Source: Paramoeba atlantica (lineage: Eukaryota > Protista > Discosea). From it: a stretch of 64,000 nucleotides of DNA. The notes below the pieces were generated by a model that saw nothing but the letters and a program-made list of their open reading frames with translations, was not told the origin of the DNA and did no database searches. The stretch's first letter is position 1. Each line of letters starts with the position of its first letter. Below are positions 11,700 to 22,363 of this stretch, piece by piece. The position numbers and the translations under genes are program-made. The stretch spans positions 186,001 through 250,000 of the forward strand of contig CDRNVI010000148.1 in assembly GCA_977017575.1 (NCBI GenBank), read 5' to 3'.

Positions 11700-13035
11700 A
11701 TGAAGAGGGTTTGCTTTCATGTCACTGGATTTGGAGAGTTTTGTGGGTTTGTTTGTTTCCTTTTTTTTTTGTTTCTTCAATCTCTCGGTGATTCAGAACA
11801 AAGATTTTTTACAGAGTCTCCGATAATCCAACAAAGTTCTTTGTTGAACATCTTCAAAAAAATCAGAGTTCCTTTGAAGTTTGGTTTTCCCTCTCCTTTC
11901 CCTTTGTGTTTTTTCTGATGATCACAGGACAGCGAACTTCAAAAAATATTCAATTCGTTTAATTTTTGTTTTGAAAAACTAACGATTCTTAATTTCCACA
12001 GGAGGAATCGCGGACGATTGACTCCAGTACTGTTGTTCACGTTTCGTCAATTGAAGCAAAAAATGCGGCTTTTGACATTTTCCAAAAAACAAACAAAAAG
12101 GAAGTTTGTCTTTGTTTCTCATTTCTCACTCATTTCCTCCTCCACTTTGAAAAACCATACCAAACCATTTGGGCCATGAAATCACATCCTGGAAACGGGG
12201 CGTAGGTTCAAATCCTGCTTCCGACGAATTTTTTTTACCTTTTCTATTTTTTTTTTGTTTCAAAAAACGAAGTGTGATGTTTTTTGTCTGAATAGATCAA
12301 TGTGTGGCTTCATTTGGGAGTGCATGCAAAAGCAAAAGCTTTTCATTTGGAAAAATATGCCTGGAATGGTGACATCTGATTTTTTTTCAATTTTTTTTTC
12401 GTCCTTCTTCAACTCATTCTCACCCTGAGAACAGAAGCTACTTTCCGTTTTGCTGATGAAAGAGGTTGGGAACCAAAGAAGGTTTTTCCTTTCCCCCTTT
12501 TTTTTGTTTTATTTTTTGATTTGATTCAAAATCCTTCTTTTTTAGCAACACATTGATTTAACAGCCCCATTTGGAACTTCTTTAGAGACAACTTTACCAC
12601 TTGATTCAATTTTAGGAGAGCTCAAGAAGAAATGGGATAAAGTTTTTTTTTTCTTTTCTTTTTTCCAGATTTTCTTCTTTTTCACCTCTTTTTATTCAAG
12701 GTCATTATCTCGAAAGACCCAGGAAGATTCATCTGCAATTGGATCTTGTAAGTAATTTTGATTCAGTAAAGTGATCTTGATTTTCTCTCATCTTTTTTAT
12801 TTTCACAGTTATGAATCTCTGAAACTTTCAAGGTTTATTTTTAAACAAATTGCTCTTGAGCTCTTCTTTTTTGCCTTGGGATAAGTTTTTGAAATAAGTT
12901 TTTCAAAATAGCACTTCTGAAGATATCTACTCTCTTTTTCTTCATGTTCCCCCTGCGGATGTAATTCCACTGGAAGAACAATTTGAGTTCACAAAAGATC
13001 TAATGAGAGTGCTCACCTCTCAGTTGATGAAATAA
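11700..13035 (+). CDS. PGPEP1: Pyroglutamyl-peptidase I (peptidase C15), multi-exon
   Basis: MKRVCFHVTGFGEFCG|VSDNPT, WLHLGVHAKAKAFHLEKYAWN (Glu), EATFRFADERGWEP, SKDPGRFICN (Cys), HVPPADVIPLEEQ (His). Confidence 0.9.
12177..12226 (+). tRNA. tRNA-Ser(TGA) 3' half only (anticodon to G73), inside PGPEP1 intron 12104..12295; split-tRNA half or pseudogene
   Basis: TGA-AA-TCACA-T-CCTG/GAAA/CGGG-GC-GTAGG-TTCAAAT-CCTGC-TTCCGAC-G, then a T-run. No acceptor 5' strand or D arm upstream. Confidence 0.8.
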
Positions 13036-13162
13036 TTCAATCATTCCGAATTTTCTGGCACTTTTTCTGATCCAAACTTGCAAAAAAATTGACAATTTTT
13101 CTCTTTTTTTTTTTTTTTTTTCAAATTCACAAATATTTTTACTCTCGTTGTGTTTGGATTGG

Positions 13163-13743
13163 CTATTTACCCAACAACTCAAATGCAATTGTCAGAGCCT
13201 GGTGCATCCCCGGGTTAAACTCTTCACTCTTCAATTTTTTAAATCGATTCGCTGACATCGAGATTGGGGAAGATTCCGAACAACACTGAACAAACGATCG
13301 AAAAGAACCAATGCCAACATCACACAACACAGCAAAATAACAAAACCCTTTTTCTGTACAAAGATAGACATAGCCATTGACAGCAGAAGAAGAACCTCCC
13401 CAACCCTTGCTGGTTCCTGGTAACCGGTGGTTTTTTAACCAACCTGGATGTTCTTCTTCGAGTTCTCGAGCGATGGTTTCCCATGGTTTCTCGTTTGCTT
13501 GGGGTTCAGAGCAGAATTAGATGAGATCAAAAAGACAAAATTTGAAAAAAAAATGGTTGTTGAAAAGAGACCTTCCACTGCACCTCCAATTCCTTTGAAG
13601 AGTCCTTCCCATTTTGCAATTTTTGAGGGAAGATAAGCATCACAGCTTTGAAGAAAAGCAATCCGAACAACAGTTCCAGAATCATCAACCGATCTTCCAA
13701 CAGGAATAACGAAAGCTCTGGAGACCTTTCCTTCTTCGCTCAT
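13163..13743 (-). CDS. Nudix hydrolase (2 exons)
   Basis: The spliced sequence GGAVE|ANEKPWETIARELEEEHPG matches the Nudix box G-x5-E-x7-RE-U-x-EE. The frame stays open to TAG at 13163. Confidence 0.75.
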
Positions 13744-14002
13744 CTCTTGGAAACACAACAAACAAAGAGAGAGAGGAAAGAAACACAGAGACACAACAAA
13801 ACAACGAACGAAAAAATGATGGGAGCTAATTTTGGTTCCCTAATTTCTCGATCCTCTTCAAAACATTGAATGAATTTTTGGAAAAGAAGAGAAGGGAGGG
13901 GGTGAAAATATTTTTTACATTATTGAATCACTTTGATTATTTCTCTTTCTTTTTCGGTCAAAAAAGAAGAGAAAGAGAGAGGGAAATTGAAGAAAGAAGA
14001 GT

Positions 14003-16515
14003 TTAAGAAAGATTGAGATTGGTTGCTGATCCATCAAATTGCCTTAACTTTTGTTTTGCCATCACTTCGCGTCTCAGAGATTGCTCTTCTCGACTGAATT
14101 GATGAAGTCCAAATGTAAGAGAAACATTTGCAGCTGCTCGAGCCATTTGTTGATATACTTCCAAGTTAATATTCTCAACTGTATCACCTGTTTGTTGTAA
14201 AAAATAGATTTTTGAATTTGTTTCTTTTTTTATGGAATAAAAAATTGACAAGAAAAAAAAGAACTTACACTCTCTGTGATAACATGGATCTTTTGAAGCA
14301 ACAAGTCCTCCAAAACGAATTCTTTCTTCTTCTGTCTTGAATTACTCATTCAGTAAATTTCAAAATATTTTTTAAAAAATCATTAAATAAATTCAAAAAA
14401 TCATTTGAAAAGAAAAAGAAAAAACAAAAACCTTCCTTCCAGATGCTCCTGTGACCACACCACCAGCTGGAATCCCATTTTGTAGAAAAGGACCTAAAAA
14501 TAAACAAAGAAAAATAAAAAAAATATTTCTTTTTGATAAAAGGAAAAAAGAAAAAAAAAGAAAAAAGAAAAAAAAAAGAACCATAATCACTTCGACCAGT
14601 AAAAGGTGATGGTGTCCATTCCAAACCATGTGAATTAAAATATTCTTCTAATAAATTATTTAAATTTGAGTGAGTGAGAGAGATAGAGAGTGGAGTTTAG
14701 TTTGAAGAAAAAATAAAAAAGGGAGAAACCAAAGATCCTTTGAATTGAACTGGAAAGTAAACGAACATCTTCATCACCAGAATCTCCATCATAAATTCCT
14801 CGAGTTGGATTTGGAGATCCAATCATATCAAAATTTAACATCAACCAAATCTTACTAAACTCCTCTTTGTAAAATCAAAGAAAGTAAAAAATATGAAAGG
14901 GAAAAAGAATTATTCATAAAAGAAAGAATCAAAAAAATTCAAGAAAAAAAATGAAACCTGGATCATTTTCAATGAGATCAGAAACAAAGAAATTACTTCC
15001 AAGTAAACCAAGTTCTTCAGCACCATACCTTTTCAATAAAGAAAATGGATCAATAAAAACATCAAAAGTCCAAAGAAATTTGGGAATAAAAAATGAACCA
15101 AGAAAACTGAATTTGATTCTTCAACTCTTCTTCATATCCAGATTCAAAGAGTTGAATTGCCATCTCCAAAACTGCAGATGAACCAGATCCATTATCATTA
15201 ATTCCTGTGAAAAGCGAATTAATACTTCAGGCATTGAATATTGAGAGGGATATTTTACCTGGACCAGCACTGACAGAATCAAGATGTGAACCAACAATGA
15301 TCTTTCGTTCTGGATTTCCTGTATTAATCAACCCAAAATCGATTCAGTTGTTTTGGTGAATTTAAAACAAAAATCAATCTTCTCTGAATCAAACCATATC
15401 GAGATTGTGCATGAATGTTCCATGTTTCAACATCAGAATGACTCACATTCACCAATAGATTAAGATACACTTTTTTGTGAAGGAACTCAAGACCTGATTT
15501 GAGTGTGTGAGACTTTTTGATTTTGGGAAGAATCAAAATCATGAAAAGAAAATAGAAACCAAGATGATGATTAATGCTGATGACAGGAAGATGAAATGGT
15601 TGATTCAAAGTTCCACGGATAGTCGTCAAACGATCAGGTGTGGAACCATCATTGTAAATGATGACAGCAAATGCACCAGCCAGTGATGCCAAATAAGCCT
15701 TTATTTTCAAAGATGAAGAAATTTCAGTTTCTTAATAGAAAAAAGAAAAAAGAAAAAGAAAGTGAACCTTTTCATAAAAAGGACAATCACCACGTTTGAT
15801 AAGAGCAATATTTCCTGAGACAAAGTTCCCAAAATTATCAAGAGAACAGCCTAATTCATCTGCCACACTCAAATATCCAGAAACATTCCCATTTCCTGTG
15901 TGCGTCATCATTCTATAATCTTCACCATACACATAAGTGATGTTGTTTGGGAGAATTTGTTTGAAAGATGATTCATATGACGTTCTTGGCACAAAAAAAG
16001 GTTGTGTTGTGATGGTATAATTTGTTTTTCGAAGGTTTCTGAGTACATATTTCATTGAATCTTCATATCCCTTTTCGTTACGGAGAGGGAGTTAGAATGA
16101 AAGAATTTAGAAGAAAAAAAACTCTGATTCTTTTTGAATCTCTGAGTTGTTTCCAAGTACAAGAGAAGGAGAAAAAGAAATAGAAACTGGTGTTCCAAGA
16201 AAACGATTCCCATCTCGAAGATTCGCAATGTTGTTTAAATTTTTGAGATGGCGAACCATCTTCTCAGTTGTGATAAATTCATCAAATAATGGTCTCTGAT
16301 CATGATAAAAATAAGAAGAAGAGAGAGAGGGTTTCAGAGAAAAAAGGAAAAGAAAAAGAGAAAAGAAAAGTGGAAACTGGAGGAGAAGAAGAAAAGTCCT
16401 GGTTCTTCGTAACAGAAAAAGAAATCAACGAAATAAGTAACAGAACCAAAAAGAAAAGTAACAAGAGCAATCTTCCAACAGGTGAATCCTCTTCTTCAGA
16501 GGAATTGCGATCCAT
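14003..16515 (-). CDS. PA-domain M28 aminopeptidase copy A (N-terminal TM anchor)
   Basis: MDRNSSEEEDSP+TM, NIALIKRGDCPFYEK (PA domain), GSHLDSVSAGP|GINDNGSG, GAEELGLLGS, NFDMIGSPN, RSDYG, DPCYH. Confidence 0.9.
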
Positions 16516-16790
16516 GATCCTCTCCTCTCTCTTTCTCTCTGCTCTCTCTTCAGCCGAAGCGTCACCTTTTCTCTCAAAAAGAGACACAGAGACACAAAAC
16601 AACAAACGAAAAAAAATGAGGGGAGCTAATTTTGGTTCCCTAATTTCTCGATCCTCTTCAAAACATTGAATGAATTTTTGGAAAAGAAGAGAAGGGATGG
16701 GGTGAAAATATTTTTTACATTATTGAATCACTTTGATTATTTCTCTTTCTTTTTCGCTCAAAAAAGAAGAGAAAGAGAGAGGAGAAGAAT

Positions 16791-19414
16791 TTAAGAAAGA
16801 TTGAGATTGGTTGCTGATCCATCAAATTGCCTTAACTTTTGTTTTGCCATCACTTCACGTCTCAGAGATTGCTCTTCTCGACTGAATTGATGAAGTCCAA
16901 ATGTAAGAGAAACATTTGCAGCTGATCGAGCCATTTGTTGATATACTTCCAAGTTAATATTCTCAACTGTATCACCTGTTTGTTGTGTTGTGTGTAAAAA
17001 ATAGATTTTTGAATTTGTTTCTTATTTTTTATGAAATGACAAGAAGAAAAGAACTTACACTCTCTGTGATAACATGGATCTTTTGAAGCAACAAGTCCTC
17101 CAAAATGAATTCTTTCTTCTTCTGTCTTGAATTATTCATTCAGTAAATTTCAAAAATCATTTGAAATAAAATTTAAAAAATCATTTGAAAAGAAAAAGAA
17201 AAAACAAAAACTTTGATTACTTCAGCTCCTGTAAACAAACCACCAGCTGGAATCCCATTTTGTAGAAAAGGGCCTAAAAAGAATGATAAAAAAAGAGAAA
17301 TAAAATATTTCAATCAATAAAAACAAATCCAGTCCCTTTTGTTTCATTTCTTTTTGATAAAAGGGAAAAAGAAAAAAAAGAAAAAAGAAAAAAAAAAAAG
17401 AACCATAATCACTTCGACCAGTAAAAGGTGATGGTGTCCATTCCAAACCATGTGAATTAAAATATTCTTCTAATAAATTATTTAAATTTGAGTGAGTGAG
17501 AGAGATAGAGAGTGGAGTTTAGTTTGAAGAAAAAATAAAAAAGGGAGAAACCAAAGATCCTTTGAATTGAACTGGAAAGTAAACGAACATCTTCATCACC
17601 AGAATCTCCATCATAAATTCCTCGAGTTGGATTTGGAGATCCAATCATATCAAAATTTAACATCAACCAAATCTTACTAAACTCCTCTGTTTATTTCAAA
17701 GAAAGGAAAAAGAAGGGAAAAAGAATTATTCATAAAAGAAAGAATCAAAAAAATTCAAGAAAAAAAATGAAAACCTGGATCATTTTCAATGAGATCAGAA
17801 ACAAAGAAATTACTTCCAAGTAAACCTGCTTCTTCAGCACCATACCTTTTCAATGAGTCAATAAAAACAGAAAAATTACAAAAAAATTTGGAAAGAAAAA
17901 TGAACCAAGAAAACTGAATTTGATTCTTCAACTCTTCTTCATATCCAGATTCAAAGAGTTGAACTGCCATCTCCAAAACTGCAGATGAACCAGATCCATT
18001 ATCATTAATTCCTATTTAAATATTACAAAGAATGAGATGGTGTAAAAAAGAGACCCCACAGAGAAGAGAAAAGAGGGATGTTTTTACCTGGACCAGCACT
18101 GACAGAATCAAGATGTGAACCAACAATGATTTTTCGTTCTGGATTTCCTGTTTCAAAGAATCAAAACAAAATCAATTCAGTTGTTTTGGTGAATGTAAAA
18201 CAAAAATCTATCTTCTCTGAATCAAACCATATCGAGATTGTGCATGAATGTTCCATGTTTCAACTTCAGAATGACTCACATTCACCAATAGATTTAGATA
18301 CACTTCTTCTTTTAGGAAGTAAAGACCTGGTTGAAATGTAAACTTTTTGGTTTTGGGAAGAATCAAAAGAATGAAAAGAAAATAGAAACCAAGATGATGA
18401 TTGATGCTGATGACAGGAAGATGAAATGGTTGATTCAAAGTTCCGAAGTGAAGAACAAAACGATCAGGTGTGGAACCATCATTGTAAATGATGACAGCAG
18501 ATGCACCAGCCAGCGATGCCAAATAAGCCTTTATTTTCAAAGAGGAAGAAATTTCAATCCTTCTTATTCTCAAGAATAGAAAAAAGAAAAAAGAAAAACT
18601 CAACCTTTTCATAAAAAGTACAACTGCCACGTTTGATAAGAGCAATATTCCCTGAGACAAAGTCCTCAAAATTATCAAGAGAACACCCAAATTCATCTGC
18701 CACACTCAAATATCCAGAAACATTCCCATTTCCTGTGTATGACATCGGAGCATAAGCTTCACCATACTCATAAGTGATGTTGTTTGGCCGAATTTGTTCG
18801 AAAGATGTTTCATATGCTGTTCTTGTTACGTTGAAAGGTTGTGTTGTGATGGTATAATTTGTTGTTCTAAGGTTTCTGAGTACATATTTCATTGAATCTT
18901 CATACCCCTTTTTTGAAGTGGAAAAAAGAGGAAAAAGTAGTTAGAAAGAAAAATCCATTTCCCCACCCCCCCCAAAAAAAAAAGAGAGGAAATAGAAATT
19001 GAACTTGTGTTCCGAGAGAACGATTCCCATCTCGAAGATTCGCAATGTTGTTTAAATTTTTGAGATGGCGAACCATCTTCTCAGTTGTGATCAATTCATC
19101 AAATAATGGTCTCTGATCATGATAAAAATAAGAAAAAGAGAGAGATGGTTTCAGAAAAGAAAAGAAAAAGAAAAAAGAGGAGAGAAAAAGGAAAAGAAAA
19201 AGAAAAAAGAAAAGAAAGAAAAAGAAAAAAAAGAAAAGAAAGAAAAAGGAGAAAAAAGAAAAGTGGAAACTGGAGGAGGAGAAGGAGAAAAGTCTTGGTT
19301 CTTCGTAACAGAAAAAGAAATCAACGAAACAAGTAACAGAACCAAAAAGAAAAGTAACAAGAGTAATCTTCGACCAACAGGTGAATCCTCTTCTTCAGAG
19401 GAATTGCGATCCAT
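16791..19414 (-). CDS. PA-domain M28 aminopeptidase copy B
   Basis: Same motifs as copy A, with GAEEAGLLGS and GGLFTGAEVIK. Confidence 0.9.
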
Positions 19415-19821
19415 GACACCCTCTCTTTCTCTCTCTCTTTCTCTCTTTCTCTCTTTTTCTCTCTTCTCTGTTTTTCTGTTTCAAAAATAAAATTCGAAGA
19501 TAAAATAAATTCAAAATCAAATTTTCGACATTGAAAAAAATCATCCATTTTTTCGCTTTTATTCATTGCAAGGAATCTTCTCCTCACTTTCCAAGAACAT
19601 TTGATCAAATGAATCACCCGATTCGTTGTTGTCACTCATTCTTCTTCCTCTTTTCCGCCTTCATAAAATCAAGAAATTTTTTTGACTTGTGAAAATTTCT
19701 CAAAGAGCCCATGAAAAGGTTTCCGAAGGGGCTCAGGGATTTTTGAGAGCACCAAAAGAGGATTTTTTTTTTCCTTTTTGGCAAAATCCTCTATCCTTCT
19801 TGACCAATTTTTTCTCTCTCT

Positions 19822-21485
19822 TCAAAACAACAGCTCCAAAGAAGGGTCAAGCTTGAAGGCAGAACGGTATAGTTCCATTGCACCCATACAATCCCCCTCT
19901 ACTTCTTTTTTCTCTGCCAACTTCATCATCTCTCTTGCTTTTTGTTGTTTTTCCTCTTCCTCTTTGTTTTTTACTTCTTCCTCTTCTCCTTTTTCTTCTT
20001 CTTTTCCCTCCTCATTCCAAGCTTTTATCCCTAAAATTTTTTTCCCTAAAGGAGTTAGAAGAGAAGACATTCTCTTTGACTCATTCTCCGCATGCCTCAA
20101 TCGAGCTTCCCATGTTGCCTTGTTCTTTTCCAGATCAACATCTGTTCTCTCATCATTTGAGAAAAAAAAAATGAAGAAATGAAAGTGAAAAAAAAGGCAA
20201 AAGTTACTTGGAGATAAAGGAAAGAAAGTCACATATTGGACGAAACGAAACTCATCCGCACTTTCATTTGGCCAATTTTGATGTGGTAATCGTGAATCCC
20301 AAATCAAAAGACCTCCTATTATTTGATTTCTCTTTTTATCATTTTTTTTTAATTGGACAAAAGTGTAAAGAGACAACTCTGTCCAACCTCGAGGGATTGA
20401 GATTCGAACAATTTCTTTTTGAATTGGATCATTCTCTGGAACTTTCACTGGAAATTCAAACTGAAAAAAATTGAAAATTAGAAAAAAGAAGAGAATTCGG
20501 TGTGTGTTCAAAAATCACAAAAAAAAACCGTTGAAAAAGAGTGGGTTAAACTCCAATCACGAAAACGTTTGTGAAATCCTGGGACACAAAGAAAACCGCC
20601 ACTTGTTTTGGTGTGTTCTGTCAGAGCAAGAATCCCTTGAACCCCTTTTTGCAATAAATTAGCAAGAAATTAAAATGTTTCTTTCAAAAAAGCCAGAAAA
20701 AGGGAAAACTCACACCAAAAAAAGATGGATGAACAACAGGATTTTGATCAAAATGAAGCCAACTTTTTGCAGTTTCCCACTCTATATTGAATAAAAAAAT
20801 ATTTGTTACCTTAGATTTTCATATTGATCTTTCTTTTGGAGAAAAAGAAAAACCTGGATGATTGAGAGCTGGCCGCATGGCTCCAAAGCGATCTTCTTTT
20901 ACGCGCAGTTCTTCTTTTTCCAAAACATTTTGAAAACAAGATACAAGTTTCGGGTTTTGTCTTGAATAATATTCACATCATTAATGTTTTTTCCTCTTTG
21001 GCTTTCTCCCTTTTTCTCTCCTCTCTCTTTTGCCAAACACAAAAAAAAAGTACCTGTTCAGCCAACAAGCAGTATCGTGAAGTTCGTTGAGACTTGAAAG
21101 AAATCCTTTGTTTTGTGCACCAGGAACCCACCCAGGCCAATTTTCCCATGTCGTTTCATCTTCTCTCTGAACTTTCTGAAGAAGATAGATCACAAGGTGT
21201 GAGGGAAGTGAAGAAAAATGGTTCAGGGAAGTGAAAGAAAGTTGGTCAAAACCCCATTCAAAAGAGAAGGAGAAGTGAAGATTTCGGTAATCGTGAAAGA
21301 TACTTCTTCTTCTGTTAAAACATCTCTGAAAACCACAAATCCATTTTCTTCATAAAAAGGTTTCCATTTCTAAAAAAAAAAAGATCAAAAACAAAAAGAA
21401 GACAAGAAGGTCAGAGGTGAAAAAAAGAATCGACCTCTTTTTCTTCAAGGAGAAAGGACACAGAAAGGAATCGCTCCTCAGACAT
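19822..21485 (-). CDS. Phytanoyl-CoA dioxygenase-like (PhyH) Fe(II)/2OG dioxygenase with a C-terminal acidic and helical extension
   Basis: FYEENGFVVFRDVL, SWLHFDQNP (HxD), VQGILALTEHTKTSGGFLCVPGFH, GLLIWDSRLPHQNWPN..RFVQY. Confidence 0.8.
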
Positions 21486-21760
21486 GGATGATTGAATTTA
21501 GTGAATGGTTGAGTTTGTGTTGTTGTTCTTCAGTTGTTCTTTTTTGTTGGATTAACAAAAAAAAACTGCTTTTTGGTGAAAGAGGGAAAGAGGAACAACA
21601 GCCGAACCTCTTTGTTTGAAAAAATAAAACAAAAAAACCTGACGCTCTAATTTTAGGAAGGATTGGCCAATCACGAAATTTCGCTTGAATTTCCGCTGGG
21701 CTCCGTCACCTTTTTTTTTTTTTTCACCTTTTTCAAAAACCGTTGCCTTGGAACGAAAAA

Positions 21761-22099
21761 ATGTTGGTTTTTGGCCTTTTGTTTTTTGTGTTGTTGGGGT
21801 TGAGTTCTGTGCAATCTCAATTTCCAGGAGAAGTAACCCAAATTTGTGAATGTGATCCTTGCATTGGATCTTCCCATTTGGGAGAAATTGCGACCTCCAT
21901 CTACGTCCGTGCGTACATAAGCAACCATGAGCTTCATTGTTGTATTGGTCACCAGTTATTTATTTGTGAAGACAGTTCAATCTATTGTTATTGTCGCGGA
22001 AATTTTACTGCTGTCGTGAATGTGCAAGCATCCAACAGTCGATGTACTCAGTTGGATGGCGCTATTGTTGCCTCCTTTGACGACACAACTTGTAAGTGA
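21761..22099 (+). CDS. Small secreted cysteine-rich protein (112 aa, intronless)
   Basis: Signal-peptide-like MLVFGLLFFVLLGLSSVQS and 10 Cys in the mature part. Confidence 0.65.
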   Translation: MLVFGLLFFVLLGLSSVQSQFPGEVTQICECDPCIGSSHLGEIATSIYVRAYISNHELHCCIGHQLFICEDSSIYCYCRGNFTAVVNVQASNSRCTQLDGAIVASFDDTTCK

Positions 22100-22363
22100 A
22101 TCCAGGGGTTTGAGTTGAATAAATAAGAGTTTTCCATGGACTCCAGCTTTCAGAAAATGATTCTTCGTTCATTCTTGGTTCCTTTCCAACAGCGAGACTC
22201 ACCCTATTATTTTTCGGTGAGAAAAATTGTGGACACCAATTACGAGAGGGGACACCACTCTTTTTTGTGAAAAGGTGCCGCTTCGACCGAAGAGAGCAGA
22301 GAGAGGGAGAGAGAGAGAAAGAGAGAAAAAGAGAGAGAAAGAGAGAGAGAAAGAGAGGGTGTC

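Larger units (their letters stand above)
13780..19440 (-). repeat. Direct tandem duplication, about 2.8 kb units (about 13780-16590 and 16590-19440)
   Basis: The block atgatgggagctaattttggttccctaatttctcgatcctcttc... occurs near 13796 and near 16617. Exons and most introns are near-identical between the units. Confidence 0.9.

Noticed and set aside
12177-12226. Alternative identities for the tRNA fragment: tRNA-Sec, tRNA-Leu, tmRNA end, permuted tRNA
   Set aside because: The anticodon is TGA not TCA, and the T stem is 5 bp; G73 argues against Leu. An immediate T-run with no downstream 5' half excludes a cis-permuted gene.
13000-13188. Apparent antisense CDS overlap between the Nudix and PGPEP1 3' ends
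   Set aside because: The Nudix frame reads through to TAG at 13163 without needing the 13000-13080 exon, so no overlap is required.
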